From NCBI GenBank assembly GCA_048772705.1, contig JBLWGC010000169.1, forward strand, positions 62,001 to 126,000: a stretch of DNA of 64,000 bases, given 5' to 3'. The notes under the pieces are model-generated. The model saw only the letters and a list, made by a program, of their open reading frames with translations, ran no database searches and was not told the origin of the DNA. Positions 1 to 11,259 of this stretch are shown here, piece by piece; positions within the stretch are counted from its first letter, which is position 1, and the number at the start of each line of letters is the position of its first letter. The position numbers and the translations under genes are program-made. This stretch comes from Leidyana gryllorum EB-2025a (taxonomy: Eukaryota; Protista; Apicomplexa).

Positions 1-3000
1 CAAATCGGGTGCGTCACACCCGCATGGGTCTAAACCGCAAGCGATCCGACGATAGGCGGATTGCCGGGACCTCCGACGTCTATACACATCGTAGCTATGA
101 TGTACCGCTTCGCCTTCAATACAATAGATATGGAGTAGTCCGAGCCACCGGGTCATTCGCTTCGCTTTTGGCCCAGCAATTTTCCGGCTGATGAGTGTCA
201 GGCTGAACTCCCTCTACTCTGAAGCACTTGCCGTGAGTGACCGTCGGCGTTGCCCCAGTGCCCGGAAAGCCACACACACCATGCAGAAACTCACCGACAC
301 CCCGCCGCCCGAGAACCCTACGCTACAAAGTCTATTACGAAGACCTATCCCTGTCCCTCCTATTGAGCTGATAGACCGGTATGAGCGTAATCGACTCGAT
401 ATAGTCGCACAGTGGCGCTCGGAGAGTTCCAGTAAAGACGCCTCCGACCTCTTGAGCCTTGCGCACCGTTCTCCGTAAGCCTGGCACTCACTTTTCTTTG
501 TCAATTGCCCTCAGCGATGACCTTATGGCGGAAGTATGCAGTAAACCCCTCGCCGAAGCGCAGCAAGAGGTACTCCGGCGGGCCGTAACTCAGTAATTCA
601 TGAGCCATTCGTCAGCTTTCCTTTAATCTCGATCGGGTAGAAGAGCAACTGTCCATTGCGGTTCGCGAATGCGTGCCCGCGGTAACTGCCCACGTTCACG
701 CCTTAATTGGCGATGGTGGCGTACTGTCACAGCATGCCTGTCGTGTACGAGAGCTGAGAAACAACATTGCAGAGCTCGATAACGGCTTCTGTGACCGAGT
801 CGGCCACCTGATGACCCGTCACCGGTAGGCACACGCGTGTGCTACTACAAAAACGCCACTATGTATTGGGATTGCAGCATACGGAATCAGCTGCAGAGGA
901 TCGTAGAAATCCTCAAGATGGTGTCATTGCTTCAGCAGACTTCTGCTAGTTTCGCATTGGCTCTAAACGTCCGTGACTATGTTCGCAGTCACGAGCAACT
1001 CCCGTTGCTCGAAAGCTTACTGGCAGATTTGTCGTCGGTACTGGCTGCTAAATCTCTCGGCGTAGCTACAACGAGCTTAAAGGAGAGCTTTATTCTGTCT
1101 GCCGAGACTGACTTTGCCGAGATGCTGGAAGAGTATGTCTTTTCGGTGAGTTCCGTTCAGCAACATGCAGCTGCGGCGGACTCATCTTAATTAGCTAGGC
1201 TGCCGTGGCGGAAGATTCACAGACGCCTTTGGTACTCACACCTACAGCAAGTCTGTCGCCGTTGGCTAGCGGCGAGGACCCGAACATTGGCGATGTATAT
1301 CAATGTTTGTTGCTGTGGCCCAACGGTGTGCCCAGAGCAATTCAACGGTGCCGGAAGCTGCACAAAACGGCTGGCCGGAAGGCATTCCGGGAATTACTGG
1401 CCCGGTGTTCCGCATCGGAAGATCCGACACTGAAAGCCGTCAAAGTTGAAGATCAACTGCGTATCATGACGAATCGGCAATTCCGCGAAGTCGTTGAGAG
1501 GGCCGTCAACGGCACACACCGGATCATTAAGAGGGCCTGTGAGAGTATGGACACAATTGTGGCCAACTCGCCCCCCGAAATGGTGTCGAGTGAAGCCATC
1601 CGTGACTATCGGATGGCACATGTTGACGCTTTGACGCTTCGAATAACTAGTTTCCTCCAACAACGATGGACCCGTCCCATCACCCCCGACATTGTGGTCG
1701 AGGACGAGTTAACGGCGACCTCATCGCTGCTAACTTACCTCGCAGAGGAGTGGACAGAGTACAGCGTGCCGAGTGGAATGCCGTTGGTGGCCGCTACGCT
1801 TTTGAGACCCGTTTATCAAACCTTCGTCACAGGTGAGATCCATCGATGCGGCACTCGCTGTTCTAAAATGAGATACACTATGCTGACAGATCTGCTCATC
1901 AAGAATGAAACTGTATTCTGTCTAACACTCTGTCAAATGCTGGAATCCGAGAATTGGAAGCCGGTGCCTCTTCCTCCGAGCAACGTGGTAGTGGCTGGCA
2001 GTATGGTGTGTCTATGGGACTTTGTGTACCGACTGTTGGGGTGGATCCCAGAGCTGCCCTACAGCCGACTCGCAATAGCTCAGCGGATCAGTAATATAAT
2101 CCATTTGTATCGTAACGCTGCCTTTGAGGTGGTCATGAGTAAGCAATCCCTCTTTAGTCTGTATTATCGCTTCTGTCCAGCACAAACGGGAGCAGCCAGT
2201 CTGCGAAAGGTGCTATTGGAGAAGGAAATGGATGTTCATATTGTGGGCGCTGTTCCGACTCTGGACAACCGCTCCTTGGGCCCAAAGCATCTCACGGTGT
2301 ATCTATCAACCTTAAGATTCCTCACTGAGTGGCTCCCCGAGCTGAGTCAGCAGATTCGCGATGCGACTGCGCCCCACTCTTGTGATGCAGTCTTCGGGAG
2401 TCTCGATGAATCACGCGCAGTGCACATAATGTTAGCTGCGGAGCTCGACTCTCGGAGCGGTACTCTGCAAGCTGACATGTCCATCGTAAGGCACACAGCA
2501 CCCTGTTTTCGGACAGCCTTCCCTGTAGGTGATTGACAAACTGGCGATGATCGCCTCCCGAAGCTTAGAGGTGGAAAAGTGGCTACATACCGCCGGGGAG
2601 GGAACCAAATGCAGTTGGAAACTGCCTGCCTGGCTTCCAACACAGAGAGAATATGAAGTCAGCCTTTACATTGACAAGCTCGTATCCAGATTCATCAATC
2701 TTCACCGGGTAAGCGTAACCATCTCATCTTCTACAATTCATCTCTCCTTCTATCAAGATTCTGGCAAAGGTGCTGCCCCCCATCATTGTGTTCCGCGTGT
2801 GCTCAGGTTCCTGGGCTATAATGCTCCAGAACTTGAAAACGTGTGTGGAGAACACTTCCAGGCTGCCACTGGGCATAACTCTCGAATCGTTCATGCTGGA
2901 CTGCTTCTGCCTCTTCTATCTGCTGCCATGCGATCCACGAGGAGAACTGCCGCCCAATGCGGCTCCTTCATTGATCGAGTTGGCTGAGCACTGGCGATCA

Positions 3001-3144
3001 TTTGTCGGATCATTGATAGAGATAGCCAGCGCAAATGAAACGTCATTTGTCAATTCCACCGATTTGTCGCCTATAGTGCGTCGAGCACTCACTGAACACT
3101 TTCCGGACTCAGCAGAGAGGCTTATGGCCGCTATCACGCATTAA
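1..3144 (+). CDS. Large multi-exon hypothetical protein, 5' end outside window; faint resemblance to codanin-1
   Basis: Chain of + ORFs (191-478, 837-1190, 1205-2536, 2529-, 2770-3144) separated by short GT..AG segments (e.g. gtaagc at ~476, gtgagt at ~1146, gtaagc at ~2709). The codanin-like motifs (LAAKSLG, EDQL..FREVVE) are weak. Confidence 0.55.
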
Positions 3145-3179
3145 AGCACACGTGTGTGCTTCGCCACAAACGTGATCCC

Positions 3180-4868
3180 ATGTATGCCTGGAACATATTG
3201 CTATGCCTGGTGGCTTGTCAGAGCGCAGGAACTGATCGGAAGAGCCAAAGACAGGCTGCATTGCGTGCACATTCGACGTCGCACACGACCCATGAGAACC
3301 GACCTCGAAGATCCAACCACATCTCAGAGCTACTACAAGAAAACCTGTTGTCCGAAATGGCAGCTGTGGTGAAGTTGAGGCCCTACGACTTCGTCCAGTC
3401 GAGTCCACCACAAACTTCCGCAACTTCGCACCAACGACTATTCAACTATCGCAATGTGCAGTTCTTGGGTGAGGTCAAGATAGGAACCCCGCCTCAAGAC
3501 TTCTTGGTCATATACGACACTGGATCGTCCCTCAGCTGGGTCACTGGACTCTGCGAGGACGGGGGTTGTCAGCATCACCACCATTACCATCCTGAGGAGA
3601 GTTCGTCATTTGTGCAAAAAGTGGACCAGGGTCGGGGAATTCAGGAGTTCATCCAATACGGCACCGGATGGTGTGTGCTGAACCTCGCTAACGATACCTT
3701 TTATATGGGTGCTTTAAGCGTAGAAAATCAGCCGTTCGGTTACGCCGAGAAGGAGTCCACCTTCCCATTTGTGGATGTGCCAGCTGATGGATTGATGGGA
3801 ATGGTGAGGAGATCGGCGGGGTTTGAATTGACTACTGCAGGTGCTTGACGATGGTATTGTGGCTCAAGTATTGGCCCAGGGAAAGCTCAAACGCAATATA
3901 TTTGCCATCTATTACAGTTCGCTGCCGGGAGATCAAGGTGTGTTCTCTTCATCTCTAAAGTTTCATTTCTTCGCTTCAAGGGTCCATTTCTTGGGGGTCT
4001 GTGGATCCACGATTTGCAGAAGACCCGTTATACGAGCCGATTTGGATTCCTGTGATTGAGGACGATTATTGGAGAGTGGCGGTGGAAGGTATTAAGGTTG
4101 GCAATCAGTTTGTTCCGACATGCGGTGTGGAGTTGGACCCAGACGAAATTAGTTCTGCGCACCACGAGCGGCCTACAGTTGCACCGAGTCCTATAGAAAA
4201 GTTTGAGGACGATTTGGAGAACAGATTGAATGACCAAAAGGAGAAACGGCACCAGAGAAAGCATGGTTTGGTACAAGAGGCGCTTCAAATGAAAGCAGAG
4301 AACATGCAACGACCGCTGTGTTCGGCTGCCGTTGATACTGGGAGCACTCTAGTGACGGTGAGGAGGTTGTGGTCGAGATTGCTCGCGTGATGGTCGTCGT
4401 TGTTGATTTTCAGTTGCCATCCCAGCAGTTAGAGGACATCAGTCAGGTCTATGCTGCCTTGGGCTTCAACATAGATCAGATCAATTGCAAGGAGAAGCAT
4501 TCGTTGCCGGATTTATCCATAGTGATGCGAGATGTCAACGGCCGCCTGATCGACTTTGACCTGACACCTGACGAGTTTGTGTTGGATGCTGATGTAGACG
4601 GTGACGATGTCTTCGACGAGTGTACTTTTGGCGTGATGGCGATGGACGTCCCCCCACCACGAGGCCCAGTGATGGTTCTGGGGCTCAATTTTCTTCAGCG
4701 ATTCTATTCAATCTTCGATTTCGGTGAGCATACATAGGCCGGCAAACGAGGGCGTACTATACAATTTTTACATGATACGCAGAGAACAAAGCAATTGGGT
4801 TCACCACAACGGCCCGGCGCGCGCTGGAAATAAACCGGGCGAAACACGGGCAAACTTATCAAGACTAG
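3180..4868 (+). CDS. Pepsin-family (A1) aspartic protease, plasmepsin/ASP-like, with signal peptide; 5 exons
   Basis: Both catalytic motifs are present (VIYDTGSS and AAVDTGST), plus the IQYGTG flap and VLGLNFLQRFYSIFD. Introns at 3804-3840, 3938-3980, ~4358-4413 and ~4724-4782 join in frame. The last exon ENKAIGF...YQD ends at TAG 4866-4868. Confidence 0.92.
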
Positions 4869-6296
4869 AAATCATCATCAGTCTGGAAAACGGGTAGCGC
4901 CGTTGTCGCGTTCGAGCCGGACTGTGTCTCAGCGGCCGCCCTTTTCTCCTTGGGTACAATCCGGAACGGACCAGCATGTTGCACTTGGAAGAGTGCTGGA
5001 ATAGGCAGCAGTGCGTCAGCGGGTAGCCTTCCTCCCTCCCTGAAGGGCAAGTTCGGCAGGAGGATCAGCTCATCCTCTGTTAAACCCATCATGGCGAGCA
5101 CCCGACCTCCCATCCCAATCAAGAAGCGGCATACGGCTTCGGAAGCCAATTGATTGCCTGTAACATCGGCGAGGTACTCATATTCGAGCTCGATCGCTTG
5201 CGATAGCATAGCTCGGACAACCTGCAGACGAGATTCAGTGGTGATGGCCAAGTCGAGGCGGACGGAACAGCGAGAGCGTGGCGGAGTCCATTTGTAGCAC
5301 AGCCAGCAGACGATTAGCAGCGACTGGAGCGGAGAAGCTATGTGGGCTCACCTTTGGCTCAATTTTGTGGTTCAGAGAAGAGTATAAATGAGCAGTGAAG
5401 TCAGCATGGAGCACCAAGTCGGTCCAGAGTCGTTCGGTACTCTTGTATACAGCGGACGACGGGGCTTCCTTTACAATCTCGTGCATGATGGCCAACCCTT
5501 AGGACGAATTGAACGGTTTGTTAGCGTGATTTGTTTTACCTGAAGTGAATATACACTTCATTACGGTGAAAGCAATGAGGACCTCGGCCATGGGAGCGGG
5601 GTTGTCGGAACCATGTACGATCTTGTCGACAAAGTCGGGTAGATCGCCGGCGAGGAGCTTGATTTTGTCTTCCCGGTGGAACCCTTCCATGTGGTGCGCA
5701 AGCCACTTTTGTTTGGCGACCAGCGTGGGTCGCTGTTGTTCCTGGAGATATCGCTTCCTTAATTCGTCGAGGGGCTCAGATGTGAGTGTCTGTGAGTGGT
5801 GTGAGCGGTGTGTTTTACTCATTGTGCGGCTTACGGTGACGTATTTGGTGAAGACCTCGCGGTGGAAGTTTTCGAACATTGCTTGGAACCCGAGGTAGGC
5901 TCTTCCTTCAGGCGCTTGAAGGGCTTCGACCAGCTCGCACGACAAATCTAGAATATCGGGGAAGAGGAAACCATTGACAGCGTCTTTAGAACCGGTGATG
6001 GAGGCTGGCACACCATAGCACAGATTGAAATGGAGAGCAAATGTCATGAGAGCATTCCGTTGCCACTCAGCCAAGCAGGATGTTCGTATCTTATCAGCCT
6101 CATCTTTCCACGGAAAGTCTTCAGGTGTCCAGAAGGAGGTTTCGATCTTTTTGTAGAACTCCCATAGGCTGGGGAATTCGATTGGGAAGAGGACCCATCG
6201 TTCCGAGTTTTGTTCGAGGACGGTCTCGAACTGTTCATTGTCCCGCAGCTCTCGGCGAGAGGGCGAGATCTCTATGAGTGAGAGTGGTTGGGCCAT
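4865..6296 (-). CDS. Ribonucleotide reductase small subunit (R2)-like protein, degenerate metal site; 4 exons
   Basis: R2 motifs RWVLFPI..LWEFYKK..SFWTPED, EGRAYLGFQAMFENFH and DLVLHADF, and the C-terminal FQTDDDF. Introns at 5790-5834, ~5499-5539 and ~5222-5351. Confidence 0.88.
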
Positions 6297-6385
6297 TTAT
6301 GGTGGGTAGCAAATCAGTTGGTAGGCTCGGCGGTGGCAAAAGTCAGCGAGGCGATTTTTTGTTGGTGACGACGACGCGCGTGGGT

Positions 6386-7033
6386 CTAGAAAGAAGGAGA
6401 GATATAATAGCCACTAGCGGAATAGTACCTCAGGACAGTTTTGTTATGGGTAAAACCCTCTGACACCACTGCTGACACTACAGGTGGCCCCACTGCTTCG
6501 TTGGCTGCGGCCTTGTTCTCCATTAGGGCCTCGTGGAACTTGGGGTCGAAGCGGTCTCCCACCCGCTGTGTTACTCTTTGTGACAACAGACCTTACTGCG
6601 GCTACTTACCACCGGGATGATCTCCACTCCCAACGCCTGTAGCTGCGACTGCACTGTGGCGCCGCAGAGCGCTACCGCCTCCTGACACTTAGACACGGAG
6701 AAGTTGGGCGTGTTGCCCAACTCGCGTTCCAGACGGGATAGCTCATCATACACAGGCAGAAAGCGCCGGGCTGTCCACGCCGCTGCGCTCACCCGCTCGT
6801 CTGCCAACTGGATTGGATTGGTACTTTCCGGTCACAAAGCCACTTTTATGTTCGCTTACACGCCGTTCAGCTATTCGTCGCTCATTCTCCCGGGCAGCAG
6901 TACACTCCAAGTATGCCGTTTTCCAGTCTTTATTCTCAGGCAGTGACACCACAGATCGACGGGCCCTTCCACCCAGAATACCACAAACACTCAAACCCCC
7001 CTTCCGCTTCACGTATGATCCGATATTAAGCAT
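6386..7033 (-). CDS. grpE: GrpE nucleotide-exchange factor (probably mitochondrial), spliced
   Basis: YLECTAARENERR, FLPVYDELSR, LQALGVEII, VGDRFDPKFHEAL and VVSEGF...VLR are spread over three ORF pieces linked by short introns. The N-terminus is basic. Confidence 0.8.
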
Positions 7034-7096
7034 CTCAACCCCGACTCCTCCCAACTTGACCGATGATTTTTTTTCAAGCTACAAGTACTCCGACAC

Positions 7097-8057
7097 ATGG
7101 ACGAGGTGGTCCCGTTAGCACAAGTCCAACATGAACTTGTGGAACGTCAGCGTCAAAAGCTCACACATCATCTCATCCATTTGATTCAAGCATTGCCGGT
7201 AGGTCCCTTGTGTGTACCTCTTGTCCCTCCTTTGGCTGTGCCGTTGCCGCCTCGCATTGTGCTCGTTGCACCTGGCCTCTGCAGTGTGCTTGACGGACTG
7301 TGCACACTTTGGTTGACGCGCTATGCACATTTTGCTTGTGCACGGCGATTTTGGTGGCGGCCTTGATATCGAGTGTGTTCGTTGCAGATCTACCCCCAGC
7401 GACGGCCGTTGGACACATGTGAGGTGAATCATTTCCAAGCGCGTGTGCACTTGCAGAACATCGTGAGGGCACGTGGGAAAAATGATTAAATGGTTTGTGC
7501 AGCTACACTCGTGCCGCACCTTGATGCAACTGGCCGCTGATTTGTCCATCATGCAGACCATTTACAACGCTTCCGAGAGGCGTGACCGGGCTGACATGGC
7601 GTCGTCTGATGTGCGGATGGCGATGGACAGGTTGGTGGGGATGTATCTGATGCCGCAGCTCCAACAAACTATGGGAAGGCTGCCGGATCCTCCCCTTGAC
7701 CCGAAGATGGTGGTTCCGGCTTTGTCCTCGGTGGTGTGTGGACAGTCGCTGAAAGGATTGGGTGATGAAATCGGATTACTGGGGCAAACAGTAGCTGAGG
7801 AGTCTGAGTTTCTGAAAGGAACAGAATTAGGGAAACGGCTGGTGGACGGCGATTGTGGAGGGATAGGACCATTCAGCCGGCCTGGTGACATAATGACATC
7901 TAAACTACAAGTCGCTCCGTTGGGTGACGTCCTGCGTACCTGGGAGGAAGCACACGAGTGGATTGCCGGGGACGGCTCACTTCTCCAGCAACAGGGCGCT
8001 ATCGGACTCCCTGCACCCCGGGAAGTCATACACTCGCGCTTGATGGCCCATCCTTAG
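7097..8057 (+). CDS. Hypothetical spliced protein
   Basis: ATG 7097 opens a helical-looking exon followed by gtaggt at ~7199. There is a 194-aa terminal ORF at 7473-8057. Exon joins are not fully resolved. Confidence 0.5.
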
Positions 8058-8467
8058 AGTTTGCGACTCCACCAGAAATAGAAGAAACTCAATCCACCCC
8101 TTACAAGGCGCCGCTGAGGCACTACTCACACACACACAAAGACACACACACTCACAAAGACTCATACACACAAAGACACACACGCCAGAAAGGACCCTAG
8201 AAGCGAGTGAGGACCCCCAATTCGGCAGCTGAGCTCTCGGCAGCTCAGTCGGCATCAGAGTTTGCCTTCGTCATTGGCGAGAGAGGGGGAGGTGAGTGGG
8301 GAGCGAGGTGATGAAAAGCGTTGTTTTTCGGTTATTGAGGGTTGTTGTAGCTGTGAGGGGGTTAATAAGGGGTTTATAGTGTGTCTCGGCAAATTAGTTG
8401 TAGATTGGTGTGTCTCCTCCTGAGTAGTGGGCTGTTTAAGTATTTAACAGGTGCATGGAAGTTTGAG

Positions 8468-10159
8468 ATGTCCATACCAACGCCGCTGAGTCCCCCGTCA
8501 GAAGAGTGGCAATGGCCTCCTCGGTCGCGTGCGCGGACGCTCCCTTATACGTCGGAGGTTCACCATCAGCAGCAGCAGCGGCGGCGCGGCGGTGTGCCTT
8601 CGACGGGTGAGGTGATGATGAAGAGTTCTCGTGCGCGTTTCGACCACACTGCATTGCACGACATTAGCGAGGATCGCGTGCGGGGTTCTGCTCCTCCGAT
8701 GCGGGGTGGAGGAGTTTCTGCTGGCGGTGGTGGCGGGAGCAGCAGCGGAGTGTATCGTCGTACGCCGGCAACGGCTCAGGATTTAGGTTGGTCGGTGAGT
8801 ATGTCGCGGCGTAAGCAGCCAAAGAGCAATCTTGCGCGAGCGACATCGTGTCGGGAGGACCGTAATCTAATGTACAATATGCCGATAAACCAGCAGCAGC
8901 AGCATACGAGCGGATTGGTTCTATCACGGCAACAGCGTGATCGTATGGAGCGGGAGCGGGAGCGGGACCAGCGTTTCGACCGCGAGAGGGAGCGGGAATT
9001 GTTGAGGGATTCGCGGGCGACTACACCTTTGATGTGGCAAAAGTCTGCGGCGTCTACAAACTCTTCGGTGCACCGGCCCACAGGCGGCGGTGGCGGTGGC
9101 GGGTGGGAGTCTTTGGTGGAAGCTCAGTCGGCCGAGTTGACGACTCCGGCGCACCACTCTACGCCGCGGCGGATGTTATCCGCGCGGTCCCGCGATATGG
9201 CCGCAGCGCTGGTCGGAGGAGCCGAGGACGACGATTTGGAGGACTCTGAGGGAGAAGAGGACGAGGAAGACGACGAGGACATGGACATCATGATGGACGA
9301 CCCTTACATCTCGGAGGCGTCAACGGTTTCTCACAACAACACCCCTTTGGACTGCGACAATATGGATTTGGGGGGCTTCGGGCCCGCTACACATCCCTCT
9401 CCCGGCGGAGTCAGCCACATCACCTTTGTCGGCGCCCCCAAAGGACCCGCCAGCAAAGTCCATCTCACCTTCTCCGCCAAGTTCTGGGACGGTGGAGCCG
9501 TCTCGGAGGCCGAATCGGAGTTCTTTGCACTTCTGAAATCGAGTTACCTCTCAATGTTTGGCCAACGCGAGACTCACGACCGCCTACGCGCCTTCCTCAG
9601 CGAGATGGACTCTGCCGTCGCCCACTGTGGCAGCGGCCTCCTCGAAGTCGAACGCCAACTGCACCGAATGGTGGTGTCTCCGCCGGGCATCGGGGCCCCC
9701 ACACCGCAAATGGAAGTGCGGTCTCGCAGCCAAATGCCGCTGCCCCTCGGAGAACAGGAAGAGACGGGACCGTCTTACTACATGTTGATCAACCGGCGGG
9801 TCCCAGCCTCCACCAGCGCAGCCCCCACCACCACCTGCTATGTCCCCTACGTCTCTGACTGTTACGACTCTCTCGAAAACCCCAAAGACTATACAGAGGC
9901 CTGGCACTATCTCTTGCGCTCCGGGGCCATTGCCCTTCTCGGCCGCAGCCCCACTGATGACTCTCCCGTCGTGGCGTCTCTGTGCTCCAGAGAGTTTGTG
10001 CGATTTGCTTATCTCAACTACAAATCCCCCAACGCCCCCGCTAACGGCGTCTACGTCCATCCCTTGACAGCCAAGCTGTACTGGGAGATCGCCGCTCATC
10101 GCGCACAAATTATGACTGTCAGTCTGTCCATTGGAATATGGCTGCGGAGTCTACATTGA
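8468..10159 (+). CDS. Hypothetical protein: low-complexity/acidic N-half, globular C-terminal domain
   Basis: 592-codon open frame with first ATG at 8468. Confidence 0.7.
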   Translation: MSIPTPLSPPSEEWQWPPRSRARTLPYTSEVHHQQQQRRRGGVPSTGEVMMKSSRARFDHTALHDISEDRVRGSAPPMRGGGVSAGGGGGSSSGVYRRTPATAQDLGWSVSMSRRKQPKSNLARATSCREDRNLMYNMPINQQQQHTSGLVLSRQQRDRMERERERDQRFDRERERELLRDSRATTPLMWQKSAASTNSSVHRPTGGGGGGGWESLVEAQSAELTTPAHHSTPRRMLSARSRDMAAALVGGAEDDDLEDSEGEEDEEDDEDMDIMMDDPYISEASTVSHNNTPLDCDNMDLGGFGPATHPSPGGVSHITFVGAPKGPASKVHLTFSAKFWDGGAVSEAESEFFALLKSSYLSMFGQRETHDRLRAFLSEMDSAVAHCGSGLLEVERQLHRMVVSPPGIGAPTPQMEVRSRSQMPLPLGEQEETGPSYYMLINRRVPASTSAAPTTTCYVPYVSDCYDSLENPKDYTEAWHYLLRSGAIALLGRSPTDDSPVVASLCSREFVRFAYLNYKSPNAPANGVYVHPLTAKLYWEIAAHRAQIMTVSLSIGIWLRSLH

Positions 10160-11259
10160 AAGTGATTTTCTTTCTTCAACCCCTCCCACACTCCCACCTG
10201 AGATGAAATAGGAAGCTGAAATCATTACGACTGCAATATTTACACTCTATTGTATATCACTCGTTCTCCTCTCACTGGCAAAATCAGAGGCGGTTCGAGA
10301 GACTATTCCTCTCCGTCTGCCCGTCTTTGTGTGTCCTCTAATACTAGCGCTCCTATCTCTCACTCCTCGTTGCTGCGATTACTTCTTCTCCTCTCATAGT
10401 CTCTGTTTCTCTGTCAATCTGTCGTCTGTCAATCTGCGTGCGGTCCGGTTCACACTATTCAATTATTTCCTCTTACTCACTGGTGTCTCTTTCTCTGATG
10501 TCTCACCCAATCAGTCGCACTAATGATTCTTCATTGTCGAGAACGAGAATAATAATAATACCTTTGCGCCGACGTCTCACTCTAAATAAAATATGCGCCC
10601 GCCGGATATACGCACACCTTACACACCCTCTCTTACACACCCCACACACTTGTCTACACACACGGCCACACAATGTCATTTGCGAGTGGTCGACCTCTTC
10701 TGAGACATCCCGGGACCACACACTCACGCGCCCGATTGGTCGATCCATCGATTGATTGTACACACAAAGCCCATTCTCATACAGTTAGTCGACTATTGTC
10801 GAGTCTCGCGCTCATCGAATGCACACACACACGAACGAACGAACACACACACACATCCCGTTCCGATGTCCCAAACCCGTTCTATGAAGGAGAGAATATC
10901 TATCACAGAGAACAAATGTATATCTGTGTGAGAGAGACTGACTGACTGACTGAGTCGAGTCCGCGCGTGGAGTGGACGAGCGAGCAAAGAAAGAGAGACC
11001 AACGAGTTTGTTACTGTAAACAGTGTCTCTTATGGCCGCCTTCATCCTCCATACATATACCACACAACCGCAGATCCACCCACACCCGCGTCTCTCGTCT
11101 CGTCTCGTCTCGCTCTATGTCTCTCTGTCTCTCTGTTTGTCCGGGAGACGAGTTGGCCCGCTCTGTTCTTCTCTCATTGGCGCTGCCCTGATCGACCTTA
11201 CTCCACTGACACACACTCTCTTTGCGATCGTCAACCTCCTCCGCTGCTAATTAGTTAAG

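Noticed and set aside
10160-11259. Short ORFs in the CA/CT-rich gap
   Set aside because: They are translations of microsatellite-like sequence with no coding signature; probably UTR or intergenic DNA.
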